Made by a program: the position numbers and the translations under genes. Shown piece after piece: positions 1-11,140 of a DNA stretch of 37,674 nt. Each line of letters starts with the position of its first letter. The first letter of the stretch is position 1. Where the stretch lies: the NCBI GenBank assembly GCA_011109175.1, contig RDEW01000144.1, positions 1 to 37,674 of the forward strand, read 5' to 3'. The notes below the pieces were generated by a model, which saw only the letters and a list, made by a program, of their open reading frames with translations, was not told where the DNA came from and did not search any database. The DNA comes from Dicyema japonicum. Its lineage: Eukaryota > Animalia > Dicyemida.

Positions 1-178
1 TCCCAAAAAGCCTAAATAGTTATTGCTAAACCTTATCCGGCAATTCTTGAGCATGGTTGGTTTTTGCTTAGGCACGTTGAATCCTTCAGGAATAAATTCG
101 AGAGGGTCTTCATGGTTTGTTAGGAACCAATGCTAGATTTTAAGAATTCCACATGTTTTGCCACGACTGACAAAACAA

Positions 179-1250
179 ATAATAATAATAACACCAGAGA
201 CCACGGTTACACAAACTAACTATTCACGTGTTCCCAGCACGCACTAGCAGGGACCTCATCTTGTCCCGATGCTCCTCTCTCGAGCCACACAAGCACGTAT
301 CGGTCGAGTGACTGGACCGTCGCAGTCACGATGGCGCGTTCCACGGTTCATTCGTATCAAGGCTTCAAGTGGTAATGGTGGTTGAACTCTCCAGAAATCC
401 AGCGTTCAGTGATTTTGGAGGCTCTTTTCCGGATAGCCTCGATCTTTGAGACATTCGTTTAAGAGATGAGTGGGCCCCATATACCTTTTTTACTTATTTT
501 TGATACGAATAAAATCAATATAATAGTCTCATTATTTTTTAGTTTTCTTTATGTAACTTTCCTCATCGCACGCCTCCGCAGTTCACGTGGAATCCATGAA
601 TAAGATCTCCGTTTAGTGCTCGAAAAAGTCCTCTGATGTTGAAAGTTTCAATTGTAAACGGGGTAGAATAGACAGTGAGGACATCCCGTCGTATATGGTT
701 CGTGTATTCTCATTTTTCTAATAGCTCCTTCGCGTAGCCCTAAAAGGGTTTCGCTTGAGCATAAAGTTCTTTTGGACACTAAGCGCCCTTTCCACTGCCG
801 CACAACCATGTCAAGCACAGGGTCCAGACTCAATCCAGGGAAGTAACATAAGATTGAGTTAGCAAGGGACAAAGGTAACATGGAATGGCCAAATCGGCTG
901 GAGACTTAAAAGCTATTCTCCCAAACCTTATCGGGAGCTTTCATTTGGTGCAGCCAGTGCTATCAAATCGGATTTTGAGAATTTCTTTACTCATCTGTCT
1001 GATAAGATCCTCCAAATATTCGAGAAAGCTCTTGGAAACAAGGGAATTCGCAGTGAGAATATCATCTTGTGAACAGAAATGTTATTTTTCATTAAGAAAA
1101 GTGTGCTTAAGAGTTAATCTTTCCTCAATGAGCCAGAACGACTTGAGTTTTTCCTAAAAAAAATTTTCGAATCAGGACAAGAATAGAAGGCATTTAAAAA
1201 TAACCGTACCATAGGTCTTCGCACCATGGAACAAAACTACAGGGGGTTTT
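179..1250 (-). mobile_element. Degenerate 3' part of a Jockey/I-group non-LTR retrotransposon (RT C-terminal region, short 3' UTR, (TTA)n tail)
   Basis: The minus strand ends EEHRDKMRSLLVRAGNT* followed by about 50 nt and a (TTA)n tail at 179-189. ORF 648..881 (FPGLSLDPVL...) resembles the post-YADD KYLG/LD region. Many stops and frameshifts. Confidence 0.65.
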
Positions 1251-1261
1251 AGACACTGTAA

Positions 1262-1590
1262 ATTCATTTATTAACCCCGAAACCACGAGAAAGAGATAAA
1301 AGTTATCGTCTAATTAAGTGATCCAGTGATACCAGTTTTGTTCCTGTGGTTAGTTTTGGAGTCCTGGATAATCTCCACAGTGGGGAAGGTTTCTTCTCAT
1401 ATCTCGGGCAGGCGTCCATATATAGTTTGATGTCCGGCCGAGGGGATGGTCAGGGACTTTGCCACTTTGAGGAAGTGTCGGTGACGTTCCGTAAAGTATT
1501 TTATGATTGGGGGACGTTTAGTGTTCTCGGTAGTATCGAGGTGAGTCTCTTTCGAAATTCATATAAGGGAAAATCCCACAGTTAATATAT
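1262..1590 (-). mobile_element. 5'-truncated 3' end of a related LINE family
   Basis: The minus strand reads RPPIIKYFTERHRHFLKVA... and ends GGATCACTTAATTAG...TTTCGGGGTTAATAAA, close to the 3' ends at 23737-23801 and 24037-24112. Confidence 0.6.
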
Positions 1591-3010
1591 AAATAAATCA
1601 GTAGGTGCATAATGTATAAGCACTCACATTGAGTAAACGTTCTGCTTATTTTCTAGACGACTTTTCAAAAATTATTGAAGTGAATATTTTATTAAAAATG
1701 TTTAATTAGTAGTCTTTAAATGCATCTTCTCCCTAGGTCATTCTCTTGTTCCACTACTCTTGTCGCTTCGATTTCCTTAAAAAATTTACAGAAGAGTCCT
1801 TCTTCAAGACAGATTCCACAACCTAACTGACAAATTTTATTATTTCTGTATGTCCTATAAAATCAATGACTTCCGTCAATTTGGACACGAAAAATAATTT
1901 TTTGAGATTTGAAGAAATAGACCATCTCAGCGACAGATTTATAAGCCACTTGATATAATGGAGTTTGTATGCCGTAGATGACTAAGAATTCATGGATTAC
2001 TGTCGAGACTACTCAGAGTTAAACAAGATTTAATAAGGAACAGAAAATTGCTAGTTGCCATAAGTGTTGCAACTATTCGGACATTGTCTTGTTAAACTAC
2101 TTGATATATTGGGATTATAAAATCCTTTTAAATCAATTGATTCCAATAATCTGTCGATTTCCAAATTCTAGCACTTTATTAAATGATAGAAACAAGTCAG
2201 GATCCAGCTACCAAAAGACGGTAAGGATTGCCGGAGACGATGACAATTCCAAAGAATAGAGAAAACCTTGGTTCACTTAGGTCTTTAAGTCGTGTCGCGA
2301 TTGCATTCCCAATTTCATTGCTGACTTCTTTTACCAATTCTTCCAACCTATCTTGAAAATTCGAAGGAGATTGAGACAGAATAGAGCGATTTCCACGTGA
2401 GATTCCCCCATTGTACCCATTTCTGGGAACTCTATTAAAGCTTAAAAAGATTAAAGTTGAAAGTTATAGAAATCAGCATTAAAAGTCACGCCACGTGATA
2501 TGGTAACAAGCGTTCAACTCATCAAAAAAGTTCCAGAACGCGAAGACTAAATATTTGAGCTCTGGGGACCTGAGGTCAGAACAAGTATGGCAGTCCTAGA
2601 AAGCTAACATATACACACGTGCAAAGTTAGAGAAAATTGAGTTAACTCATTTGAAATCGTTCCTCTAATGAACTTGGAGAAAGAACTTACTCCAAACAAT
2701 CTTGGCAAGGCTAAAGTTTTCTTAGATATCAGATATTATTACTTTTTGAGTTGTCTCTATACCGATCAAAAAATTTTTATGCTGTCCTTGAATGAAGGGA
2801 TTATGTAAGGACCAAATGGACTAATGTGATAGTTTATATCCACAGCTCTTCCGCGAACATAATACCACAAAAAATCAGAATACGATATTCTCTTACACTG
2901 AAACATCCCCATCAGCCTTTCGGGAAACTCAATTTCATCAAGGCCGCACAATCGAACCGAACCTAACACTCAAAGAATATCTACATCCGGACTCTACAAA
3001 ATCATATCCC

Positions 3011-3189
3011 GGTAATGGTGCAGTTTAATGAGCTATATTTTTTTCGAGAAAACCATGTTATTTAAATTTATTCAAATATAAAAGAGAAAGTTACTCTAAA
3101 TATGCTGATATAATTAATAATATACTTATTTATTTTATTATTTCTTATTTTCTCAAAAAAAAATATAGCTCAATAACTGCAACATTACG
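3011..3189. mobile_element. MITE, about 180 bp, with about 40-bp imperfect TIRs
   Basis: The left end GGTAATGGTGCAGTTTAATGAGCTATATTTTTTT pairs with the right end AAAAAAATATAGCTCAATAACTGCAACATTACG. The interior is AT-rich and non-coding. No TSD found. Confidence 0.75.
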
Positions 3190-3375
3190 AAAAGATGACG
3201 GTTCTTTTCTATACATGCTTCACGAAATTTCATTATATGAATTAATGAAATTTTTTTTGAATATTAGATCTAAAAATAAAAAAATGAACAATGCTGAATT
3301 TGTAAATATTATTATATAATTTTTTAAATAAAATTTTGAATTTTTTACCGGCTTGTGAAGAGTAATATAGTTGTT

Positions 3376-3773
3376 ATGAGAAAATATTCAAAACTGAAGG
3401 ACTACAAACTACCACTTCTGAAATGGAGTCAGTTGCCTTCCTTCAGGAGGTTGGAGTCTTTCCGAAAGAAATGCCTTAAAAGACATTTGATGATCCTTTT
3501 TCATCAGCGGGAAAATACAACATGGGTGTGCGATAAAAGCGATGTAAACCTCAAAGTTAATTACAGGTTTATCAAAATTTGCTTATAAATTTGCAGACGA
3601 AATTTTATAGACCCGAGGACAGGTGCACATACGCAGACTGTTGAGAGGTTCACATAAAAATTAAATAGGAAAATTTAGAATGTGGGGAAGCGCAAAATGC
3701 CGCAATAAAAGACAAAGAGGTAACGCGCGTCACTTCATGGGTTCATATTTTGAAGGGTTTCTTTTTAGGTAAA
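3376..3773 (+). pseudogene. Merlin transposase remnant: N-terminus and C-terminus retained, most of the catalytic core deleted, two candidate introns (3567-3596, 3648-3678)
   Basis: N-terminal SEMESVAFLQEVGVFPK and a Cys-containing stretch, with frameshifts. The spliced C-terminus reads LKVNYRRNFIDPRTGAHTQTVERMWGSAKCRNKRQRGNARHFMGSYFEGFLFR*, matching the VNH..NFVDP.TG.HT[N/Q].IE..W pattern of DDE_Tnp_IS1595 proteins. Confidence 0.85.
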
Positions 3774-3959
3774 AGGTCGTTGATAGCTCAGCATTGACTT
3801 TGTCGGTATCGTTTTAACACTACTAATTAGTAAAGATTTAGCAATTTATTTAAAAAAAATTTATAATAATATTTACAAATTCGGGATTGTTCATTTTTTT
3901 AAATTTTTTCATTAATTGATTAAAAAAATTTCATTAATTCATATAAAGCCTTATTTCGT

Positions 3960-4140
3960 TTTTAAATTTTAAATTGTAGCGTGGCGTTATGTGGTCGTTA
4001 TGGTCCACCAATTCAAAAATTTCAAAATGATTTGGCAACCCCCAGAGGGCTTCTAATGCTCTCCCGAAAAGGACCATTAGACCCCTTCCCCCCGTGGTCA
4101 TTATCGACCCCCGGCGATGTGCACAAAAAATTAAGAAAAG
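3960..4140 (+). mobile_element. SINE-like insertion in the right TIR of the Merlin element
   Basis: Flanked by a 13-bp direct repeat AGCCTTATTTCGT (3947-3959, 4141-4153). Carries TAGCGTGGCGTTATGTG near its start, shared with the copy at 18855-19015. A-rich end. Confidence 0.7.
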
Positions 4141-4229
4141 AGCCTTATTTCGTGAAGTACCAAGATGACATCTTTGACAGTTTCCCCCAACGAGGAAAGA
4201 TTCATACTCTACAAATATTACTTTATTAG

Positions 4230-4800
4230 TGATATTTGTAAAAATTTATGACCTCAAGGTTGTTTTTTGTCGACCTCGATACGTTGTTTTGTTTAATATA
4301 GAGAAGTATGATTCCATGGCCTGATTGGCCGGTGCCACTTCCGAAACTCTTAAGATATATCCAAAGAGCTGCCATTTTGCCAAAGTCATTTTATTCCCAA
4401 TCTGTGATGTTTGGGCGATTCTGAAGAGCTCGTCTTTGGTCATCCGTTTTGGCCATTAGATATCCAGAAGTCGTAGTTGTTTTCTTTGGAAAGAGTTGAG
4501 CATCTCCTTCGGTGGTTAGGCCTCAGGTCCTCACGTTTAAAAGCAGAATTGGTTCGATAAATCAGTTGTATAACCGAATTCGAAGGCGAGTGTCTATGTA
4601 CTTTCCCGTATCCAGAACGCCCATATTTTTAGAAGCAACCGCCAGCACTTTCCTGTGACCGATTCCCTAGAAAGATCCAACTTTCTTGCCTGTTTCTACT
4701 TTTCCTCGTTTCTTGTCGTGCAACGCGATATGCTAGTTCTTTCTGTTTTGTCTGGGTTTACTACCAGAAACCATTCCTCCAACCCTTTACTTTAAAAGTA
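4230..4800 (-). mobile_element. RTE-like non-LTR retrotransposon, RT C-terminal fragment
   Basis: EEWFLVVNPDKTERT...IRLYN*FIEPILL...NSFQRKQLR...KWQLFGYILRV...PANQAMESYF...YRGRQKTTL. Same family as 31100-32235. Confidence 0.8.
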
Positions 4801-5649
4801 AATTTAAAAAATTATAGTTTTATACTAACATGAATTTATTATGGGGTAGCCAAAAGGGTCACTCTCCCTGTCTCCTTCAACAAGGATCTTATTACTATCG
4901 AAAAGAAATTGGAATTTATAGATGATCTAGAAGACTTACAGTCGCATGCCATGGACAGAGCCTGCTAAAAACGTCTTGTAAAGAGGATCTTAAATCATGT
5001 GTGACAAACGTACTTTAGTTAATATAACATTGAGCGAACCTTTCTTAGACATCTGTCACCCACCGACTTTCTGTGTAGACACAAACGCAGACATTTCCTG
5101 GAAGGGATTTCTTGATGAGCATATGATGAGAATGGACAGGGCTATAGGGGTAACCGGAATCACCTAAGTAGTTTGGCAAATAGTAATGTTATTAAAATCA
5201 GATTGTTTAAACCCATCGAATAACAGAATAGTGATGTTGAAACATAATAAATAACTTTCAAGAGGAAATAATAATTCTATGAGCGAAGCATTGCACATGT
5301 GGGATCATATGCTCTACTCAAGCATTGAGCCATTACCACTTTATCCAAAAAGTGTTATCTAAGTGAATCCAGTCAATTATAGATAAAAATTATAAATCAT
5401 ATAGTTCGAACATTGTATTCTGTCAATAAAATAAATTTCATGAATGTATAGAAACAACCGATTCTTTAATTCACTCTAACCCATTCTCTAATCAAACAAA
5501 AAATCATATAAACCTTAAGCAATCAATAATGTCTTGAGAACAAGCAATAGTTTATTCTGACAAATCAACTTCAAGAATGTATTTTTTGTTCTTTTAAAAC
5601 ATGACCGTAAAAAATTAGTCTAAAACAACGATATTAAATTCTTTTCAAT

Positions 5650-5990
5650 AATACCAAAAGTGGATAATCTTTGATATATGTACGTTACAATGCGAGATCA
5701 ATCTACTGAAAAACCTATCAGGACTATGGAGATCACAAACACCTTATTAACGTTATCGAGAAGTATATCGATCCGTGTATTTCTTATGCATGTACTCTGT
5801 AGGGCCCATTTTTGACAAATACTGAGATGATGACGTCTATCCGGAAAAAAGTAATACTGAGTGACGAAACAGTGATGACTTAAAAAACAATTACCATTTA
5901 GAAAAACGATTAATCTAGAAACCGTAATTTATCATGCATAAGAAATACAAGGAACGATATACTGCTTTCCGGCTACTATTCATAATCGAC
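5650..5990 (+). mobile_element. Degenerate LINE RT C-terminal fragment
   Basis: INLLKNLSGLW and YIDPCISYACTL*GP resemble the RLN.LK.L...W and YIRP.LEYA..VW.P pattern of Jockey/I-group ORF2. Confidence 0.45.
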
Positions 5991-6012
5991 GTATTAAATA
6001 TAACATTTCCAG

Positions 6013-6340
6013 TTATAGAGGGGCCAGATGTCTCAGATTCATAATTGAGATGGAACCCGATCTTCTGCTTCTGGAGTTACATGTCATAGGTATTGTCCGA
6101 TGGAAATCAGTGCAGTAAAATACGATCCAGTACATGGAGGTTTCCGTTTTAATCCTCTTAAGTATACTCGATAATCTTGGAGAAATCTTTGTGTGAAACT
6201 GAACCATAATATTAATCATATTGTTTTGATAAACGTGGATTTTTTCGAGATGTTGTACAATGGAGTGTTTGACGGATTTGATCATATTCCATACTTTTCT
6301 AACAGATGAATTTGCAGATAGTTTCTTCCACCGTTTATGT
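6013..6340 (-). mobile_element. LINE ORF2 endonuclease-RT linker fragment
   Basis: KRWKKLSANSSVRKVWNMIKS resembles the W..F...L......VW..IK linker motif. It is open into ORF 6013..6285. Confidence 0.5.
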
Positions 6341-6353
6341 GTGTGTCTTTGTC

Positions 6354-7014
6354 TTGACGAGTGACGCCGTCATTAGTGAACATTCACTGGTGATACAAAA
6401 AAATTGAGAACCTCTGCATTGAATTTCGTGGGTTGTTAACATGTTAAGTAATATTTATTGCGGAATAATGAAAAAGTTGTTGATTTCAGATCATACAGTC
6501 TTACAACAGAAGCCTTCAGTGCAGTAAGGTAGCCTTTCAGTGCAGTAATCTTCGCAGAGTAATTCATTTAATACGTGTCCATTAAAAATTAATTGGAGTT
6601 CATTTTGAATGGACCCAATTAATAAGTTGGCCTACAATTTCTTTATCTGATAAAAATTAACAACTTTTAGATCAACATAAATATAAAGTCGTCGTTAGAA
6701 AACTGATGGAAAAAATATTTAATGGTTGTCTCTGAAGAAGGTAAAAATAGTGTATTTTTACAAATTTATTTGTTGGATAAAAAAATGTGTATTTTGTAAA
6801 ATTCGTCATTTTGGTAAAGTCTGAAGAGGGTCAATTTATTTTTTGGATAAAAAGTAATTGAATAAATATTTAAAAAATTTACTTGTTATATAATTAATTG
6901 GTGGCATAGTGGTTAGGTGTCGGGCTAAAGTGATTCTCACTGCTGTTTACCTGGTGGAAGGTTCCATGCATCTACGATGCCAAAAGGGTTTGACGAGTGA
7001 CGCCGTCATTAGTG
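6354..7014 (+). repeat. Perfect 25-bp direct repeat TTGACGAGTGACGCCGTCATTAGTG at 6354-6378 and 6990-7014
   Basis: Read directly from the sequence. Confidence 0.95.
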
Positions 7015-7128
7015 GATACTCATTGCGGAACTACATTGTTTAGAAAAAACTCACACACAGGATAAAAAGTGAAGATCATTCCTTGGTTCTACGGTTAGTT
7101 AAATTAACTGTTCTTTACTTAAATAAAA
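6900..7128 (+). mobile_element. Candidate tRNA-derived SINE
   Basis: A-box TGGCATAGTGG (6902-6912) and B-box-like GGTTCCATGC (6960-6969). The 3' end GATCA...TTAGTT...TAAATAAAA resembles the LINE 3' ends in this window. It does not fold into a full cloverleaf by eye. Confidence 0.5.
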
Positions 7129-8049
7129 GTGTGTGTCTTGCATATGCAGAGCTATAAATATTATGACTTTCGTGAAAAAGCTGTTATTATTATTATAATA
7201 ATTAATTGTGATTAGTGGAAATGACAAGGATATTAATGAAAGGAACAAATTATATCGTTATTTGATTTACAATGTTATTGAATTTAATGTTTGATATATT
7301 ATTTAATTTAGTGTTCTGGAGTGAGGGCTACTGCTTTACTGTTTGTAAATCTTGTGTTGATAGATAAATAATTTTTCCAAGATGTCAGAAAATTAAAAAA
7401 ATATTACTTAATAATAAATTAGAGTCATTTTCTGCAAAAATAATGAATTTTAGTGTACTTCTTTTGTTCCTAAAGTTTTATTTTTTATTTAGATTTTTCT
7501 TATAAATTTTAAGCAGTTATTTGCTAGAAGTGATGGTTTAATTTTTTCAACAAGTCAATCAAGTTTACATATTTATTTAGTAAAGCCTTATTATTTTGGT
7601 CGTAGTGACACTACTCTTAAGTAGAAACTTCCCAATATAATACTGTTGATTTTAAATTAAAAGCATTCCAACATTAAGGGTAATTTTTACTTTTATTATA
7701 GAAATTTACCAATATTTAAGTCATAATTGTACTTTTAAATGAAAATAATATTTTGACTAAAGTTTTGATTGTGTTTATACTAATATTCTAAGGATATGAG
7801 ATCAATGGTTGAATGTAATTATAAAAGTTGTCATCCTAATAACGACAAATATAAGCACCCATTACTATGATGAGTAACTACAACCACATAAGTTATGTCG
7901 TTTAATAAAGACTATTTTTTACAGGAAACGTAGGACGTATTCAATTCAAAAAACCATTAAGATGAGCTGTGACGTTCTCGTTATCCACATGTTTCTTTCA
8001 CTCGATTGGGGCAGATCAGAGGAATAATTGAGTGTTTGATTAAATCGGT

Positions 8050-8420
8050 TAAAGAAAAAAGTCTCTAGGTCTAATTTAAGATGATGTATGACAAGACCGT
8101 CTGGACATTTTGCATTCGAATGCTAGCAACAAGTTGAGTAATGAAGGATTTCGGAATAATGAGAGGTCTGTATAGTTGTGAACATTTCTCAATGCCGTCT
8201 CTTAAAGTAGAGGACTTAAGACTTAGGAAGGTGACTTATCTTGGAATAGTGACCCATTAATAAGTTGATCTGTTCTCGGAAGGATAACACAGATTAGTGA
8301 GACCAATACTATGGGGGACTGGAGGGACGTTTGTTTTAAGTTAATCTTTTTAATGATTTACCAGAACCAGGAGAGTCCGAATACAGATTAAAAGTGGCGA
8401 TAAAGTCATTCCGCTTGTTG
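8050..8420 (+). mobile_element. Highly decayed LINE RT fragment
   Basis: LF*VNLFNDLPE resembles the LLF.IF.NDLP RT motif. Other motifs are barely recognisable. Confidence 0.3.
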
Positions 8421-9479
8421 TACTTGTGATTGTTAATTTGTTAATTTTAGACAGATTTAGATCCTTTCTTTCTCAAAACACATCGATTTAATCCTCAGGT
8501 GTTTACGAAATAAATCAATAATTTCGAGGGGGATGTGAAAGTCACGATTCGGTATGAAACAACAAAGAATATACTTATTTCATCAATAAGAAAACAATGT
8601 GTGAAAAACATTACACTCATTCCTACATAAATCCTATTTTCCACATTTAATATGTCTTCTAGTTTGGTTGAGGTTGTGACGTCCTTTTTTAATACTGGTA
8701 CTGTCTCAAAAACACTATGGGTGACTAAATTTCATTTTAATGACTTTTAAGGTGAGAGGAATCAGTTCTGAAATACTAAAAAATCAGCTTTGCCAAAATT
8801 TAAAGCATTACATAGTGGCTGTTGAAGACTATGGAGATTAAAGATATATGTTTCTGGAACCGGACTGTAGGCACTAAGGAATGGGTTTTGTGGTGCATAA
8901 AAGCATTACAATAGAAAAGTATTGGAAAGTCAATTTGCATAATCCAGATATGGATTAGCAATAAATCAACAACAATAAGGTTCTTGCCTAGTTGATGACC
9001 GCCACTTATTAATTATTATTAAAAAGCACTTTCACAGAACCAAAGAACGTTAAATTAACTAAGTTCCGTTTGTACTCCACGTTTCAAAATCTACTTCACT
9101 AGGAGTTTCCATCGTTCTCTGCTTTGCACATCTGACCTTAGATCACCACTTTCCTGAAACAAAATCAATATATGATAATTTTTTTTAGTTAAAAATTAAA
9201 TATTTAATTTTTATTCGTTTACGAATATTTTTTTACTTTTAAATATTTTTATCTACAAATATACTTTGATGCGAGTACTTATGCGGAACACAATTCTTTT
9301 TAATCTAACTCAAAATAGAAGAAGCTATTAAATGTTTATTCTTCCACCGGGGCTACAATAATCCAGATGAAATTTATCTATTCTAGGTTGTACTGCTTTG
9401 ACTCTTTGATGATATCCATTGATGCTATTTTGTATTTATTGCTGGGAATTGGATCTCAAAAGTTGGAAGACGGCGTAGT

Positions 9480-9660
9480 GGTCAAAGATTCATTGGAAGT
9501 CACAACAGAGTCAAAAGAAACGCAAATGGAGATGCACTTTCTGACTTGTGTACTGCAGCTTGGCTGTTAATATACTTTCTGCTTTCAAACGCCCAGCAAA
9601 ACATATGACCACATGAATTGGTCAGAGGAAAAGTGGAGATGAAACAATTAAGGCCCAATT
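9480..9660 (-). pseudogene. Possible RING-finger (C3HC4-type) remnant
   Basis: CFIS...SCGHMFCWAF, then in another frame RKCISICVSFDSV. Several zinc ligands are missing. Confidence 0.25.
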
Positions 9661-9929
9661 GTAAAAACGCTATGACACGAGGATCTCTGTTGAATAATTG
9701 AACACAAATGCTGACATTCGGAAAAGTTCGTGGAAAGGATCAACAACCATATCTCGAGATTACTTGAAACCTGTCAACCCGACCAACGTTGAACGGAATT
9801 GCGGCCAAATTATATGTGCAGTGTCAAGTTTATTAAAGGTCGCCTCAACAATGCCCACAACCAACATTCTATATAAGCAAATTCAAGAGTTACAAGAATT
9901 TTTTTTTCAACAAAGACATATTTATTTAT

Positions 9930-10450
9930 AACAATAAAATCGTTCTAAAGTCCAGCGGATATGATCGAGTGGCTGTTAGCTCTGACTACTGCCAGGGATA
10001 TCCTTTGGAAAAGCCACTCGGTTACCCGACGCTCCCTCGAGGCTTTGGTCAATAGACACCCAAGTGCTCCAAGGAAAGAGACCGTTTTGGGGCCAAAGAC
10101 TCCGCTCGTCTCGACGACCACTGGCTGTACATGGAAACGGTTTAGGAGGCTGCTGTATTTCTTTATTTTTGAGTTTTCATATAAACGGGCGGCCTCTCCC
10201 GCTTTCATTGCCGACCTCAAAAGTTTCGACTGGGAAAAGCTGTCAGTACAGGCAGCATCCCAAATTAAGCATTTGCCCCGAGAGAAGGGGAAGACAGTAA
10301 TTCCATCGGGTCGCTTCCCATCATCCCTACTCAAGCCCGTTGGCTCTAGAATGGATGGGTATCCGCCAACTCGAGGGCGCGCTTCACCACTTCATTTATA
10401 GCCTTGTGTCTAGCGAATCGACCTGCGCTTTTTCGACAAGAAGTAGTTAC
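9930..10450 (-). mobile_element. CRE-like (RLE-endonuclease) non-LTR retrotransposon, 3' fragment
   Basis: SCRKSAGRFARHKAINEVVKRAL then YPSILEPTGLSRDDGKRPDGITVFPFSRGKCLIWDAACTDSFS...VVVETSGVFGP...LFQRISLAVVRANSHSII* (ORF 9945..10334), followed by an AT-rich tail. Confidence 0.9.
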
Positions 10451-11049
10451 AAGAATTTTTGGTTAGTTACAAGAATACAAAAGAATTTACAGCTTCTGAG
10501 AAATCTGGGATTACATTATGTAAATTTAAACTCTGAAGGAGAATAGCCCACCATGCGATCTTGTGTATGATGAAGTTGAGACTCGATTCGGATATGTTTT
10601 ATTTATTTTTCTCCTACCATTATTCCATCACTCCTCTATGGACTGGAAGGATGGTATTACACTTCATACAAAAAGCGTTTTATCTTGCTTCTTGAACAAG
10701 ATTGCCCTGGGCATAAGGCTCGACGGGAAGTTATATGAAAATAAAGATTTGTTATTAGTGTTGATCAGAGATGCAACAGAGACAAAGATGGCAAACTTTC
10801 TAAAAAGATCCCTTCATTGACTCATGGTGCTACACAGAATGAACGACAAGAGGGTCTGAAAGCGCAGAGAATAATCCATGCTACTGTAGGACTTATGGTG
10901 AGAATCCTCAAATTAATAATTACTTTACTTTCCTTGGTTAATAAAGTTTGTTAATGTTAACGGACCGGGTAGGAAAATACACAACAAACTTAAAAGAAAG
11001 TGCTAATTGATTGCTTCCAATTTCAAAAATCAATTCCACAACACGGAGC

Positions 11050-11135
11050 ACCAAATTAAATAATTTACTGACTCTAAATGACCTAATTTCACATAAAGAG
11101 GTTTTTAGTGCAATCAAAAAGCTAAAAAATAGTAA
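11050..11135 (+). mobile_element. LINE RT N-terminal fragment, cut off at the SINE-like copy at 11141
   Basis: LLTLNDLISHKEVFSAIKKLKNS resembles L...IT..EV..AIKKLK..KA.G. Confidence 0.45.
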
Positions 11136-11140
11136 TTAAA

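Larger units (their letters stand above)
3200..4161 (+). mobile_element. Internally deleted Merlin (IS1595/ISXO2-like) DNA transposon
   Basis: Perfect 8-bp TSD AAGATGAC at 3192-3199 and 4162-4169. Termini GGTTCTT.../...GAAGTACC. Imperfect TIRs of about 115-130 bp (3200-3332 versus 3846-3959 plus 4154-4161). Transposase motifs lie inside. Confidence 0.9.

Noticed and set aside
2140-3000. Short protein-like frames (for example FQDRLEELVKEVSNEIGNAIATRL on the minus strand, and ORF 2766..2969)
   Set aside because: No family recognised and strand assignments conflict, so there is too little support to list as a feature.
6900-6980. Possible tRNA gene
   Set aside because: It has an A-box and a weak B-box but no acceptor stem or anticodon arm that I can pair. 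It is kept only as a SINE-like head.
9961-10401. 146-aa plus-strand ORF, and similar ORFs such as 11442..11903, 15362..15658, 25301..25594, 30690..31001 and 32458..32823
   Set aside because: These are antisense shadows of TE coding regions on the other strand, with no independent motif.
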